DNA of 45,168 nucleotides from Desulfuromonadales bacterium (lineage in GTDB: Bacteria > Desulfobacterota > Desulfuromonadia > Desulfuromonadales > SZUA-540): contig JAWSUS010000024.1 in NCBI GenBank assembly GCA_033549025.1, positions 1-45,168 on the forward strand. The letters are read 5' to 3'. Numbering within the stretch: the first letter of the stretch is position 1; each line of letters starts with the position of its first letter. A program made the translations under genes and the position numbers. Under the pieces are notes generated by a model. It was not told the DNA's origin, made no database searches, and worked only from the letters and a program-made list of their open reading frames with translations. Below are positions 10,999-21,952 of this stretch, one piece after another.

Positions 10999-12696
10999 CT
11001 AGGAGGCCAACACCATTTCATTAAGACCGGCACCGGCCGGAACCATGGGTAAAACATTCTCTTCACGGGCGATCTTGAACTCCATAATGACCGGACCGGG
11101 AGTTTCAAGGGCTTTTTGAATGACAGCCTCCACCTCTTCCGGCTTGCTGGTACTCAGTCCCGTAGCCCCATAAGCCTCGGCAAGTTTGACGAAATCGATG
11201 GGCAGCTCCATGCAGGTCTGACTGTACCGGCGGTCGAAAAAGAGCTGCTGCCATTGCCGAACCATACCGAGGAAGTTATTGTTGAGAATAACTATTTTGA
11301 CGGGCAGTCGATACTGAACCAACGTGGCGAGTTCCTGAGAATTCATCTGAAAGGAACCGTCTCCGGAGATATCGATGACCTGCCGGTCAGGGAAAGCCGC
11401 CTGGGCGCCGAGGGCCGAAGGCAGGCCAAAACCCATGGTTCCCAAACCGCCGGAGCTGAGAAAGGTCCGGGGTTGGGTGAAGTCAAAGAATTGCGCCGTC
11501 CACATCTGGTGCTGGCCGACCTCCGTCGTAATGATGGCATCGTCACGGGTCAGTTCGCGGATTTTCTCGATGACGAACTGGGGCTTGATCACGCTCTTCG
11601 AGCTCTTGTAAGCCATGGGGTGCTGATTTTTCCAGCCGTCGATTTCCTGCAGCCAGGCCGAGGTTTCGTCAATATGGGCCTTGACCTCGTCGCCATACTC
11701 GGCGAGCTTGGCAATCATCTTCTGAAGCACATCCTGAACGTCGCCGACAATAGGCAGGTCCACCCGGACGTTTTTCTTGATCGAGGTGGGATCGATATCG
11801 ATATGAATGATTTTGGCGTGGGGAGCAAAGGTTGCGATCTTCCCCGTAACCCGATCATCGAAGCGGGCGCCAATGGCCACCAGCAGGTCCGAATTGGTTA
11901 CAGCCATATTGGCGTAGTAGGTGCCGTGCATGCCGAGCATCCCCAAAGACAGGGGATGCTTTTTGGGAAAAGAAGCCATCCCCATCAGCGTGGTCGTCAC
12001 CGGCGCCTGCAGCGCCTCGGCGAAGTCCTTCAATTCATGGGAGGAATTGGAAAGCGTGACACCACCGCCCACGTAAACCACCGGCTTTTTGGCGCTCAAT
12101 AGCATCTTGACCGCTTTTTCGATCTGACGGATGTTGCCGCTGTAGGTGGGTTTGTAGCCACGCAGTTCGACGGTCTCGGGATAGGCAAACTTGGCGGTGG
12201 CCATCTGCACGTCTTTGGGCAGATCGACCAATACGGGACCCGGCCGCCCGGTACGGGCGATATAAAAAGCCTCTTTGATTATCCTGGCAAGATCCTTGAT
12301 ATCCTTGACCAGATAATTGTGTTTGGTCACGGGTCGGGTGATACCGACCATGTCCGCTTCCTGAAAAGCGTCGTTGCCGATCAGGGCCGTGGGTACCTGA
12401 CCGGTGATGATGACCATGGGAATCGAATCCATATAAGCCGTCGCGATTCCGGTAATGGTGTTGGTCGCTCCCGGTCCGCTGGTCGCAATGGCGACACCGA
12501 CTTTACCTGTGGCTCTGGCGTAACCGTCGGCAGCGTGAACGGCTGCCTGCTCATGCCGGGTAAGAATGTGACGAATGGGGGAACCCATCAGATCGTCATA
12601 AATGTTGATAACAGTACCTCCGGGGTAGCCAAACACCGTGTCAACCCCTTCAAGCTGCAGACATTCCAAAAGAATCTGTGATCCGGTTTTTTTCAC
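10999..12696 (-). CDS. ilvB: Acetolactate synthase large subunit
   Basis: [29 protein letters not shown] and the TPP motif GDGSFQMN...[15 protein letters not shown] start 5 nt after AGGAGG. Confidence 0.97.
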   Translation of the reverse strand: MKKTGSQILLECLQLEGVDTVFGYPGGTVINIYDDLMGSPIRHILTRHEQAAVHAADGYARATGKVGVAIATSGPGATNTITGIATAYMDSIPMVIITGQVPTALIGNDAFQEADMVGITRPVTKHNYLVKDIKDLARIIKEAFYIARTGRPGPVLVDLPKDVQMATAKFAYPETVELRGYKPTYSGNIRQIEKAVKMLLSAKKPVVYVGGGVTLSNSSHELKDFAEALQAPVTTTLMGMASFPKKHPLSLGMLGMHGTYYANMAVTNSDLLVAIGARFDDRVTGKIATFAPHAKIIHIDIDPTSIKKNVRVDLPIVGDVQDVLQKMIAKLAEYGDEVKAHIDETSAWLQEIDGWKNQHPMAYKSSKSVIKPQFVIEKIRELTRDDAIITTEVGQHQMWTAQFFDFTQPRTFLSSGGLGTMGFGLPSALGAQAAFPDRQVIDISGDGSFQMNSQELATLVQYRLPVKIVILNNNFLGMVRQWQQLFFDRRYSQTCMELPIDFVKLAEAYGATGLSTSKPEEVEAVIQKALETPGPVIMEFKIAREENVLPMVPAGAGLNEMVLAS

Positions 12697-12762
12697 CAAG
12701 GCCTCCTGAAAGATATTCTAAACCCAATGGGGGATTGCCCCTCTTGATTAGTCGTGATTTTT

Positions 12763-14613
12763 TTATCGACGCAGCTGCTCGACATCCCGGACCGCACCTC
12801 GGGCGGCACTGGTCGTTGAAGCAGCATAGGCCTGCAACGCTTTACTGACCTGCCGATCGCGGTCCTGGGGCTGCCATGCCCTACCCCCCCTGGCCGTCAT
12901 GTTCTTCCTTCGACGCTGCAATTCACTGTCAGCGACTTTCATCAGAATGGAACGTCCGGGAATATCAATCTCAATGAGATCGCCTTCTTCAACAAGGCCA
13001 ATGGGGCCTCCCTCTGCCGCTTCAGGGGAAACATGACCGATGGACAGTCCGGAAGTGCCGCCCGAGAAGCGCCCATCCGTGATAAGGGCACAATGTTTCC
13101 CCAGCCCTTTGGATTTGAGGTAGCTGGTGGGATACAGCATTTCCTGCATGCCTGGCCCGCCCTTGGGCCCCTCGTAACGGATGATAACGACGTCGCCGGC
13201 CTTGACCCGGTCACCAAGAATGGCTTCAACTGCCGCCTCCTGGCTTTCAAAAATACGCGCCGGTCCGCTGAACGTCCACACGGACGGATCGACTCCGGCG
13301 GTTTTGACAATACACCCTTCAGGAGCCAGGTTGCCATAGAGCACGGCCAGGCCGCCATCCTTGCTGTAGGCATGATCCACGTCCCGAATACAGCCACCGG
13401 CCCTGTCCTTGTCGAGTTCCCCCCACTCATTGCTCTGACTGAAAGCTTCAAGGGAAACCCTGTTGCCGGGCGCAGCCACATAACGGGTATGGGTCACGGG
13501 ATCAGAGGAGGTCATGATATCCCATTGCTGAATAGCCTCTCCCATGGTCGGACTATGCACGGTCGGACTGTCGCGATTGATCAGTCCGGCACGATCGAGT
13601 TCAGCCAGGATACCGATGACACCGCCGGCACGATGAACATCCTCCATGTGGTAGTGGGAGACGGCGGGCGCCACCTTGCACAAATTAGGCGTTTCCAGCG
13701 ACAGGCGGTTGATGTCGTCCATGGTAAATTGGACATCCCCCTCCTGGGCCACAGCCAGGAGATGAAGAACCGTATTGGTAGAACCGCCCATGGCGATATC
13801 CAGACGCATGGCGTTTTCAAAAGCTGCAGAGCCGGCGATAGAACGAGGCAGAACAGTCTGGTCACCTTGTTCATAATAACGCTTGGCCATCTCCACGATT
13901 CGTTTTCCCGCTTCAACGAAAAGCTTTTGGCGTTCCGAGTGCGTGGCGACAAGGCTGCCGTTGCCGGGAAGGCTGAATCCAAGGGCCTCCGTCAGGCAGT
14001 TCATGGAGTTCGCGGTAAACATGCCAGAACAGGAGCCGCAGGTTGGGCAGGACGAACGCTCGTATTCCGCCAGATCCTTATCGCTGACCCCAGGGGTGGC
14101 GGCAGCAACCATGGCATCAATGAGGTCAACATGAAGATCCTTGCCGGCGATATGGACCTTGCCGGCCTCCATCGGCCCCCCGGAAACAAAAATAGCCGGG
14201 ATATTGAGTCGCATGGCCGCCATGAGCATGCCGGGTGTTACTTTATCGCAGTTGGAAATGCAGACAAGGGCATCAGCACAGTGGGCATTGACCATATACT
14301 CAACCGAGTCTGCAATCAGTTCCCTGGAGGGCAGACTATAAAGCATGCCGTCATGCCCCATGGCTATGCCGTCACAGATAGCCACCGTATTGAATTCCTT
14401 GGCGATCCCCCCCGCTTTTTCAACTTCGGCCACCACAAGCTGCCCGAGAGCATGGAGATGGACATGCCCCGGAACGAACTGGGTGAATGAGTTGACAACA
14501 GCAATGACGGGCTTGCCGAAATCGTTGTTTTTAACCCCGGTAGCCCGCCATAGAGCGCGAGCGCCTGCCATATTTCTACCTTGCGTCGACGTATTGGATC
14601 GTAAACCGGCCAT
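12763..14613 (-). CDS. ilvD: Dihydroxy-acid dehydratase (long, 616-aa type)
   Basis: [48 protein letters not shown] and [15 protein letters not shown] precedes the ATG at 14613. Confidence 0.97.
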   Translation of the reverse strand: MAGLRSNTSTQGRNMAGARALWRATGVKNNDFGKPVIAVVNSFTQFVPGHVHLHALGQLVVAEVEKAGGIAKEFNTVAICDGIAMGHDGMLYSLPSRELIADSVEYMVNAHCADALVCISNCDKVTPGMLMAAMRLNIPAIFVSGGPMEAGKVHIAGKDLHVDLIDAMVAAATPGVSDKDLAEYERSSCPTCGSCSGMFTANSMNCLTEALGFSLPGNGSLVATHSERQKLFVEAGKRIVEMAKRYYEQGDQTVLPRSIAGSAAFENAMRLDIAMGGSTNTVLHLLAVAQEGDVQFTMDDINRLSLETPNLCKVAPAVSHYHMEDVHRAGGVIGILAELDRAGLINRDSPTVHSPTMGEAIQQWDIMTSSDPVTHTRYVAAPGNRVSLEAFSQSNEWGELDKDRAGGCIRDVDHAYSKDGGLAVLYGNLAPEGCIVKTAGVDPSVWTFSGPARIFESQEAAVEAILGDRVKAGDVVIIRYEGPKGGPGMQEMLYPTSYLKSKGLGKHCALITDGRFSGGTSGLSIGHVSPEAAEGGPIGLVEEGDLIEIDIPGRSILMKVADSELQRRRKNMTARGGRAWQPQDRDRQVSKALQAYAASTTSAARGAVRDVEQLRR

Positions 14614-14765
14614 AGATGAGTGCTCCCGATGTATATCAAACGATTCCACCACGGGAATCGTCTCAGTGACTTCTCTGTCGTGCGAATAAATCTAGAAAAC
14701 CAATTCAACCCGTCTAGTCCAGCCAAAGAAATGTTGCGGCCGACAAAACGGGAGCAGATACAATG

Positions 14766-14796
14766 AAAGGGTTCAAGCTGCCGCCTGAACCCTTTT
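14766..14796. terminator. Hairpin, probable terminator downstream of the DUF465 gene
   Basis: Inverted repeat AAAGGGTTCA-N10-TGAACCCTTT. Confidence 0.55.
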
Positions 14797-14821
14797 CCAT
14801 TCGCAGGTCTGACAAAACAGG

Positions 14822-15040
14822 CTAACGATAGTTATTGAGGATGCGTTCCATTTCGTCCTTACCGGCAAGTTTGAGCTTCTGCAGCTTCCGTTTTTCCAGT
14901 TCTTCCTCAGCAGTCAGAAAAGATTTTCTGGTGAGTGATTCCAAGTCTTTTTCCAGCAGTTGATGTTCCTCGTAAAGTAGCCGAAAGCGGGGATTCTGGT
15001 CGAAAAGACTTTGTACCAGAGACTGACTATCCTGCTGCAT
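14822..15040 (-). CDS. Small coiled-coil protein, DUF465/YdcH family (72 aa)
   Basis: SD GGAGGT then MQQDSQ...FRLLYEEHQLLEKDL...LQKLKLAGKDEM. The longer 177-aa ORF is an upstream extension overlapping tsaB. Confidence 0.85.
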   Translation of the reverse strand: MQQDSQSLVQSLFDQNPRFRLLYEEHQLLEKDLESLTRKSFLTAEEELEKRKLQKLKLAGKDEMERILNNYR

Positions 15041-15088
15041 CGCACACCTCCCGGGAAAGAGTTTACATATGCCAGAAAACACAGTTTT

Positions 15089-15117
15089 AAGATAGCGAAC
15101 CCGCCTGAGGTTGTCAA
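15089..15117 (-). promoter_or_regulatory. Sigma70-type promoter for the DUF465 gene
   Basis: TTGACA (overlapping the tsaB TGA stop)-N17-TATCTT. Confidence 0.6.
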
Positions 15118-15833
15118 CCTTGAATGAGGCCATTCTCCTGGCGCTTGGCCCAGGCAATTTCGGCCTCGGAAAGCCGGATATAAAGGGGGGCCAAGGATTC
15201 GAGAGGAATAACTTCTCCTTGCCGATACGCCTCCAGCAAAAGATCGGCGGCCAGGGAAGCCCGGGGGGCGGTAAAAGTCCAGGGGGCGAAATGGGCTCTC
15301 GCCCCCAGATTTTTCGTGATAAGCGACCGATACAGAACGGCCCCGTTGCCGACAAACAAGGTTGGGGACTCTAGATTCGACACCACCTTTTCAGGATCGG
15401 CCACCACCGCAGGTCCGATACTTTGGGGGCGCCCTTTCTCGCAGGAAAAAAGTTCTGAATAAACCTCCTGCTTGCGTGCATCCACCATGACACAGACCGG
15501 ATAGCGGGCAAAAGGCACCGAGGCGGCCAGAACACTCAAGGAAGTGACGCCGACAACGGGTTTGCCGGTCGCCATGGCGAGCCCCTTGACCGTAGCCAAC
15601 CCGACCCGCAGACCCGTAAAAGAGCCGGGGCCGACAACGACGCCGAAGGCAGTAACATCTTGGATTGACATAGCACAATCGGACAGAAGCTGTGAGATGC
15701 TGAGAAGCAGTCGATCCGTGTGATTGGAGGCTTTGAGGTCGAGAAAAAGCTCACCGACGAGTGTTTCTCCACGACTGATCGCAATACTCCCCGCAGGAGT
15801 GGAAGTATCCACGGCAAGAAGGACTTCAGACAA
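15114..15833 (-). CDS. tsaB: tRNA threonylcarbamoyladenosine biosynthesis protein TsaB
   Basis: LAVDTST, GPGSFTGLRVG, DARKQEVY and PLYIRLSEAE. Confidence 0.95.
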   Translation of the reverse strand: MSEVLLAVDTSTPAGSIAISRGETLVGELFLDLKASNHTDRLLLSISQLLSDCAMSIQDVTAFGVVVGPGSFTGLRVGLATVKGLAMATGKPVVGVTSLSVLAASVPFARYPVCVMVDARKQEVYSELFSCEKGRPQSIGPAVVADPEKVVSNLESPTLFVGNGAVLYRSLITKNLGARAHFAPWTFTAPRASLAADLLLEAYRQGEVIPLESLAPLYIRLSEAEIAWAKRQENGLIQG

Positions 15834-15835
15834 AC

Positions 15836-17164
15836 CTAGCCTCCAAAGAAGATGCGCACGATATCGTTGTAAAAAGCGAAAATCATCAGCCCCAGAAGCA
15901 GCATCAAGCCGATTTGCTGGGCAATTTCTCGGGTTTTGAGCGAAAGGGGCCGGCGCAGGATTAGCTCAAAGAAATTGAAGAAGAGATGTCCCCCATCGAG
16001 AATCGGGATAGGCAAAAGATTGAGGATTCCCAGCTGAATGCTGAGAAAGGCCAGAACCGAGAGGATACTGGCCAGATCCGTCTGAGCGGCCTGCCCGGCG
16101 ACCTGAATAACCGTAATAGGTCCGCCGATATTTTTGCTGGGAACATGGCCGGCAAATAATTTTTTCAGGAAAACCAGGGTCAGGTCAATGAGCTCCATCG
16201 CCCTGTCCGCACCGGCATTCATGGCGGCCGCGAATCCGAATCTCTTGAAACTTGTCTCAAGCTGAGGTGCAACACCCAAAAGGTATTCGTCGGGGTTTTC
16301 TTCACTGCGCTGGGTCTGCACAGAAAAGGTCAACGTCTCTCCCTGACGATTCACCCGATAGACGGCCTGTGCCGCACCTGTTTTTTGAATGAGGGGGCTT
16401 AAGTCATACCAGGACGCGATCGGGTGATCGTTGATGGCCAGGATTTCGTCCCCCACCTGCAGGCCGGCTTTCTCGGCGGGCATGCCGGGGGCAAGAGCGC
16501 CCACAACAGCTCTCTGCGCCGGCATAAGTCCAATGGACTCCAGCCCTTCCAAACCACCATCTTCGGGCGTCAGCAGGATGGAAATCACCTGTTCATCCCG
16601 TTGAACGCTGAAATCCAGCCCATAGCCGGCGTAGGAAATCAGCGCACGATTGGCGTCCGACCAGGTCGGCACCCGGTCTCCATTGATCCGCAGGATACAG
16701 TCCCCCCGGGAAAAACCGGCGGACTCCGCTTCGGAATCCGTAGTCACCATCCCCACGCAAGGGGGGGTCTCCAAATAGGCGGGCACATTGACACCAACCA
16801 GATAAGCCACGGGGAGGATCAGAAAAGGCAGGAGGAGGTTCATGATGGGGCCGGCAGCAACGATTGCCATGCGCCGCGAAACAGGCTTGTCGGCAAAGGA
16901 ACGCTTGCGTTCCTCAGGCGTAAGAGCCCCCTCCCCCCCCAGGTCTCCCACGCTTTCTCCCAGCATCTGCACATAGCCGCCGAGAGGTATGGCGCAAATC
17001 ATATAATCGGTTTCGCCATAACGGATCGAGAGAAGCCGCGGACCAAACCCGAGCGAGAACTTGAGAACCTTGACTCCCGACAATTTGGCCACAAGAAAGT
17101 GGCCAAATTCGTGGATAAAGACAAGTATGCCCAGCATGAGGATGCCGGCGACCAGAGTGAACAT
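15836..17164 (-). CDS. rseP: Intramembrane zinc metalloprotease RseP with two PDZ domains
   Basis: HEFGH zinc motif, FSLGFGP, IPLGGYVQM, AAGPIMN and NLLPIPILDGGH. Confidence 0.96.
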   Translation of the reverse strand: MFTLVAGILMLGILVFIHEFGHFLVAKLSGVKVLKFSLGFGPRLLSIRYGETDYMICAIPLGGYVQMLGESVGDLGGEGALTPEERKRSFADKPVSRRMAIVAAGPIMNLLLPFLILPVAYLVGVNVPAYLETPPCVGMVTTDSEAESAGFSRGDCILRINGDRVPTWSDANRALISYAGYGLDFSVQRDEQVISILLTPEDGGLEGLESIGLMPAQRAVVGALAPGMPAEKAGLQVGDEILAINDHPIASWYDLSPLIQKTGAAQAVYRVNRQGETLTFSVQTQRSEENPDEYLLGVAPQLETSFKRFGFAAAMNAGADRAMELIDLTLVFLKKLFAGHVPSKNIGGPITVIQVAGQAAQTDLASILSVLAFLSIQLGILNLLPIPILDGGHLFFNFFELILRRPLSLKTREIAQQIGLMLLLGLMIFAFYNDIVRIFFGG

Positions 17165-17174
17165 GGATTCCCCC

Positions 17175-18332
17175 CTACAAGGCAGCGTCAATCAGACGAC
17201 GTGCCGCCTGTCGCCCCCAGCGATCGGCGCGCAGGGCTTCGTCGATGTGCGTCAGCGCCCCATGGCGATGGGCGTCCAGAACGCGCCGCAGGATATCGGG
17301 GATAGCCAGAAAGCCGATTTCCCTGTTGAGAAAGGCCTCTACGGCCACCTCGTTGGCTGCGTTAAGGACAGCGGGAGCGGTACCCTCAGCCCTGAGCGCC
17401 TCATAGGCGAGCTCAAGGCAGGCGAAACGGTGATTGTCAGGTTTTGAGAAGGTTAGGGAACCTAAAGCGCAGAGATCGAGCGCCGGAAGGTTCAGGGGCA
17501 GCCGTTCCGGATAGGACAGCGCATAGGCGATGGGGGTTTTCATATCGGGGATGCCAAGCTGAGCAATGACCGATCCATCGACATATTCGACCATGGAGTG
17601 CACAATGCTCTGGGGATGAATATGCACATCGATCCGGTCCGCCGGCAAATCGAAAAGCCAGCGGGCCTCGATGACTTCAAGTCCCTTGTTCATCATGGTG
17701 GCTGAATCGATGGAAATCTTCTTCCCCATGGACCAGTTCGGATGGGCCAGCGCATCGGCGGGGGAAACCTGCTTCAGTTCGGCGAGGGCCTTGTCCCTGA
17801 ACGGTCCCCCGGAGGCCGTCAAAATCAGACGGCGGACATCAGCCTTGCGATGCCCTTCCAGAGACTGAAAGATGGCTGAATGTTCACTGTCCACCGGATA
17901 AAGCTTCACCCCTTTGCGCTGGACCGCCTCCATGACCAGGGCGCCCGCCGTCACCAGAGTCTCCTTGTTGGCGAGGGCGATATCCTTGCCAGATTCGATC
18001 GCGGCCATGGTGGGAACAAGTCCGGCGGCGCCAACGATGGCCGAAACGACCATCTGGGCCTCGCCATGAACGGCACAGGCCATAAGTCCTTCCAGTCCGG
18101 AAAGGACCTCCGGCGCGGCAGCGCCCAGCATGTCGCGCAATAAACCCTCGTCTTCTTTGCGTAGAACCGCCACGACAGAAGGGCGAAAGCGCCGAACCTG
18201 TTCGGCCAGCAGGTTAAGATTGGCACCGGCCGTCAGCGCAACAACCTGAAACCGATCGGGATGGCCCGCAACGATATCCAGCGTGCTGACGCCAATCGAT
18301 CCGGTAGATCCAAGTACAGATATTTTCTTCAT
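17175..18332 (-). CDS. dxr: 1-deoxy-D-xylulose-5-phosphate reductoisomerase
   Basis: [38 protein letters not shown] and NKGLEVIEA. Confidence 0.98.
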   Translation of the reverse strand: MKKISVLGSTGSIGVSTLDIVAGHPDRFQVVALTAGANLNLLAEQVRRFRPSVVAVLRKEDEGLLRDMLGAAAPEVLSGLEGLMACAVHGEAQMVVSAIVGAAGLVPTMAAIESGKDIALANKETLVTAGALVMEAVQRKGVKLYPVDSEHSAIFQSLEGHRKADVRRLILTASGGPFRDKALAELKQVSPADALAHPNWSMGKKISIDSATMMNKGLEVIEARWLFDLPADRIDVHIHPQSIVHSMVEYVDGSVIAQLGIPDMKTPIAYALSYPERLPLNLPALDLCALGSLTFSKPDNHRFACLELAYEALRAEGTAPAVLNAANEVAVEAFLNREIGFLAIPDILRRVLDAHRHGALTHIDEALRADRWGRQAARRLIDAAL

Positions 18333-18344
18333 GTCGGAAGGTGT

Positions 18345-19145
18345 CTATCCCTTGAAAAACAGAAAAGCGTAGTAGTAAACCGGCGCAAAGGCGAACAGGA
18401 GGCTGTCCAACCGATCGAGAATGCCCCCGTGACCGGGGATAAGCGTGCCGGAATCCTTGACCTTGAAGCTGCGCTTGAGCATGGACTCGAAAAGATCGCC
18501 AAGTTGCCCCAGCACTCCCAGGACTCCGCCCAGCAAAACCACGTCAGTCCACGAAAGTTCCTGGAAGAACAGGATTTTGGCCAGCCCTGCTCCAACAAAA
18601 GTTCCGGACACTCCCCCCAGAGCTCCTTCTACACTTTTGTTGGGGCTGATGGCGGGATAAAGCTTGCGTCGACCGAGAGCTGAACCGATAAAATAAGCCG
18701 CTGAATCGCAGGCCATGATGCAGAGAAGGGAGAAAAAGATCCATTCCCGCCCGAAAGGCAAGTCTCTGAGGAGCATGAGATGCCCCAGGAGCAGGGGAAT
18801 ATACAGCAGGCCCAGCATGACAAGGCCCATTTCCTGTACGACACGCGCCAGGTCGCGAAAGGAGAACAGAAAGGAAACAGCGAAAAAGAGAACGAGAAAA
18901 ACCAGTACTCCCTGAAAATACCCGATACTTCCGAAGGCAAAAGGGATGAGCAGAAGAGAACCGCCAACGACGGCAAGAAGCTGGATTTTCTGACGATCTT
19001 CGGTAAGCGCCATGCCATAGAACTCATGAAGAGCCAAAAGTCCGACGCCAAAGACCAGCAGGTTGAAAACCATGGGGCTGGCATAGACGATAAAAAGCAC
19101 CAGCAGAGGAAGAGCAACCAAAGCCGTTAAAATTCGCGTCTTAAT
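18345..19145 (-). CDS. cdsA: Phosphatidate cytidylyltransferase (probable ATT start)
   Basis: ISPNKSVEG and GDLFESMLKRSFKVKDSGTLIPGHGGILDRLDS. The frame extends upstream to IKTRILTALVALP, with AAGGAG 7 nt before ATT (19143-19145). Confidence 0.93.
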   Translation of the reverse strand: MKTRILTALVALPLLVLFIVYASPMVFNLLVFGVGLLALHEFYGMALTEDRQKIQLLAVVGGSLLLIPFAFGSIGYFQGVLVFLVLFFAVSFLFSFRDLARVVQEMGLVMLGLLYIPLLLGHLMLLRDLPFGREWIFFSLLCIMACDSAAYFIGSALGRRKLYPAISPNKSVEGALGGVSGTFVGAGLAKILFFQELSWTDVVLLGGVLGVLGQLGDLFESMLKRSFKVKDSGTLIPGHGGILDRLDSLLFAFAPVYYYAFLFFKG

Positions 19146-19149
19146 GATT

Positions 19150-19884
19150 CTACTCCTTGGGCGATGAAGATGGGGTAACCTGCTCAGCCGTCAGACCGTA
19201 GCGCCGCTCTCTTCGGGCATAGAGTTCCAGGGCACGACGTAGCTCAGCCACGTCGAAGTCAGGCCATAGCGTTTCGGTGAAGTATAATTCGGCATAAGCC
19301 AACTGCCAAAGTAAAAAATTACTGACGCGCATCTCGCCACTGGTGCGGATCAGCAGATCGGGATCAGGCAGATCGTGGGTATCCAGGGCGCCGGCAAAAG
19401 TGTCCTCGTCAATATCCTCGACCGCCAGCGTTCCGGCGGCAACCTGTCGACAGAGCCCGCGAACGGCCCGCAGAATTTCATCCCTTCCCCCGTATGAAAG
19501 TGCCAGGGTCAGCACCATTTCGCTGTTGCTACCGGTCCTCTCCATGGCTTCCCTGAGAGACACCTGCACATCGTCGGGAAGGCGCTCAATTTCGCCGATC
19601 ACATTAAAGCGGATGCCCTCGCCCAACATTTTGGGGAGCTCGTTGGCCAGATATCTGGCGAGAAGAGACATCAGGGCGTCTATTTCAGCGGGGGGTCTTC
19701 CCCAGTTTTCAGAACTGAAGGCATACAGGGTGAGGTAGCGAATCCCCTGCTGCCTGCATTCCTCAATAATAGTACGCACGGTATCGGCACCGCGACTGTG
19801 ACCGGCCGTACGCGGCAACTGTCGGCGTTCTGCCCAGCGGCCGTTCCCATCCATGATAATGGCGAGATGCTGTGGAATCTGCAT
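19150..19884 (-). CDS. uppS: Undecaprenyl diphosphate synthase (isoprenyl transferase)
   Basis: HLAIIMDGNGRWA, LYAFSSENW, YGGRDEI and DLLIRTSGEMRVSNFLLWQLAYAE. Confidence 0.97.
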   Translation of the reverse strand: MQIPQHLAIIMDGNGRWAERRQLPRTAGHSRGADTVRTIIEECRQQGIRYLTLYAFSSENWGRPPAEIDALMSLLARYLANELPKMLGEGIRFNVIGEIERLPDDVQVSLREAMERTGSNSEMVLTLALSYGGRDEILRAVRGLCRQVAAGTLAVEDIDEDTFAGALDTHDLPDPDLLIRTSGEMRVSNFLLWQLAYAELYFTETLWPDFDVAELRRALELYARRERRYGLTAEQVTPSSSPKE

Positions 19885-20012
19885 ATCTGTCTTCCGGAAA
19901 GAAAATCAATGTGTTAAAAAGGGCGTCAATTTACCATGAAAGCTCCTGCCAAACAAGAAGCTTGTTCCCCACAGGCCAATCACTTTCACGTCTCCGATCG
20001 CGAATTTCCCAT

Positions 20013-20044
20013 AAAAAAAGGAAGACAGCCCAAGGCCGTCTTCC
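20013..20044 (-). terminator. Intrinsic terminator after the USP gene
   Basis: Minus strand GGAAGACGGCC-TTG-GGCTGTCTTCC followed by T7. Confidence 0.75.
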
Positions 20045-20077
20045 CATATGTTTTTTTGGGATGCTATCCCGGATGAA

Positions 20078-20527
20078 TCACTTTTCGCTACTGGTAACCG
20101 TCATAACTGGAATCGGCGACTTGCGAACGACTTTTTCAGCGGTGCTGCCAAACAGAACATGGTCGAGCCCCGTGCGTCCGTGGGTTCCCAGGATGATGAG
20201 ATCGGCGGATTGTTCCAGTCCTTTCTTGATGATCTCATCATAAGGTATCCCTGGCACGATAAAGGTCTCATAACGGATATCCTCGCCAAGATGGGTTCGG
20301 CAGAACTTTTCCATCATTTTTTTAGCACCCTCTTCGATTTCCTCTTCCAGTTTGTCAAAGGAAATGTGGGGGACATAAAAGCCCCGCAGGTCAACCGGTT
20401 CGTTGATGACATGAACCAGCAGAAGCTTCGCTTCACATTTTTTGGCCAACATATGGGCATATTGGAAGGCCTGATCAGAGCATTCGGAAAAATCCGTGGC
20501 GAAAAGGATTGTGTTGAAATTTTTCAT
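20078..20527 (-). CDS. Universal stress protein (UspA family)
   Basis: MKNFNTILFATDFS and ADLIILGTHGRTGLDHVLFGSTAEKVVRKSPIPV; SD GGAGG. Confidence 0.95.
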   Translation of the reverse strand: MKNFNTILFATDFSECSDQAFQYAHMLAKKCEAKLLLVHVINEPVDLRGFYVPHISFDKLEEEIEEGAKKMMEKFCRTHLGEDIRYETFIVPGIPYDEIIKKGLEQSADLIILGTHGRTGLDHVLFGSTAEKVVRKSPIPVMTVTSSEK

Positions 20528-20558
20528 GGTTCCTCCTTGACTGCAAGAAAAGGTCAGA

Positions 20559-20960
20559 TCACATAGAGCCAACTGGAGACGCATGCTTGGCGTCATTATG
20601 AATTTTTTCCATCACAGACTTGAGTTCCTCGATTTTGATCGGCTTGTGAATATATTCGAAGGCCCCGAGATTCATGGCCTCCAGATAGGACTCGACCCCA
20701 CCATAGGCCGTAATCATGATGACATGGGTACTGGGGTAGAGGCGATTGAGTTCCTTAAGAAAGGTCAGCCCATTCATTTCGGGCATATTGATATCGCTGA
20801 TGACCAGATTCACCCGACTGGACTTCAAGTATTCCAGGGCCTCCTGACCGTTGGCCACACTACAGACCTCAAACCCTTCCTGACTGAGCAGCTTGCTCAG
20901 GCCAATGCGGGTATTCTCTTCATCGTCCACAATTAGAATTCTTTTTATTTTTGATCCCAC
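20559..20960 (-). CDS. Single-domain response regulator (receiver)
   Basis: ILIVDDE, phospho-acceptor SDINMP, MITAYG and KP. Confidence 0.93.
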   Translation of the reverse strand: MGSKIKRILIVDDEENTRIGLSKLLSQEGFEVCSVANGQEALEYLKSSRVNLVISDINMPEMNGLTFLKELNRLYPSTHVIMITAYGGVESYLEAMNLGAFEYIHKPIKIEELKSVMEKIHNDAKHASPVGSM

Positions 20961-20990
20961 CCAAAATGCTCCCTGTGCGTTTTGGAGGTA

Positions 20991-21018
20991 AGTCTATCAC
21001 GGGCTCTTGCCCTGTCAA
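20991..21018 (-). promoter_or_regulatory. Sigma70-type promoter for receiver-USP
   Basis: TTGACA-N16-TAGACT with a TG extension. Confidence 0.6.
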
Positions 21019-21101
21019 GACGGCGAAACACACCGCCAAGTTATTTATTGGCAAATAATTACGGTATGTTACAGGAAAATGCAAAGACGCTGGGAAGGAT
21101 T

Positions 21102-21929
21102 TCAGACAGAAGCGGGTGCCGTTTCCTGCCAGAGGCCGATCAAACGGCTGACCAGGTCGACAAAGCGGCTTTCGGCCCTTTTCCCGGCAGCCAACACATC
21201 CTCGTGCTGCAGGGGAACGGCGGAAATACCGGCGGCATGATTGGAGATAGAGGAAAGACCGACGACGTCCATACCGAGATATTTGGCCATGATGGCTTCA
21301 GGAACGGTGGACATGGACACCGCATCGGCCCCGAGAAGCTTCATGGCGCGGATCTCTGCCGGGGTTTCGTAAGAGGGTCCCGGCACGGCGCAGAGGACAC
21401 CACGATGCAGGCGAATCTGGTGCTGCGTGGCGTATTCACGCAGGGGGTGGTAGAGCGCCTTCAGGTAGAGGGAGGAAAGATCGACAAAGGGATTGGGAAA
21501 GTTCCCCCGGAGCGGGTTATCCCCCATCAGATTAATGTGATCGGCGATATACATAAAATCGCCCGGCTGGAAGGCGGGGTTGATGCCACCGACCGCATTG
21601 GTCAGCAGCAGCCGGGGGCAGCCGAGAACATGCGCAACGCGGGCCGGCAGGGACACCTGGGCGGCAGAATGCCCCTGGTAAAGATGATAGCGCCCCTGAA
21701 AAACCAGCACTCGCCAACCCAGAAAGGTCCCGGCGACCAGCTGACCCGGATGGCCGGCTACCCTGTTCTCAGGAAAACAGGTAAAATTCCGATAGGACCA
21801 GCCGGCAGCCTCTTGGACGTGGTTCGCGAAGGCACCCAAACCCGAACCGAGGACGACAGCCAGATCAAAGGGCGCTGGGCCCTTCTCGGTTACGACGGCG
21901 TCCTGGATTTCTCGGCAATCCTCGAACAT
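21102..21929 (-). CDS. punA: Purine nucleoside phosphorylase (trimeric PNP-I family)
   Basis: VLGSGLG, QGRYHLYQG, LTNAVGGIN, GPSYETPAE and MSTVPE. The start may instead be the GTG at 21956. Confidence 0.9.
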   Translation of the reverse strand: MFEDCREIQDAVVTEKGPAPFDLAVVLGSGLGAFANHVQEAAGWSYRNFTCFPENRVAGHPGQLVAGTFLGWRVLVFQGRYHLYQGHSAAQVSLPARVAHVLGCPRLLLTNAVGGINPAFQPGDFMYIADHINLMGDNPLRGNFPNPFVDLSSLYLKALYHPLREYATQHQIRLHRGVLCAVPGPSYETPAEIRAMKLLGADAVSMSTVPEAIMAKYLGMDVVGLSSISNHAAGISAVPLQHEDVLAAGKRAESRFVDLVSRLIGLWQETAPASV

Positions 21930-21952
21930 AGGCCCTTCAATAGTTTGTGAAA

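Noticed and set aside
14766..14796. GGGTTCAAG...TGAACCC motif reminiscent of 6S RNA
   Set aside because: Only a short hairpin is present, with no long rod or central bubble; a terminator is the simpler explanation.
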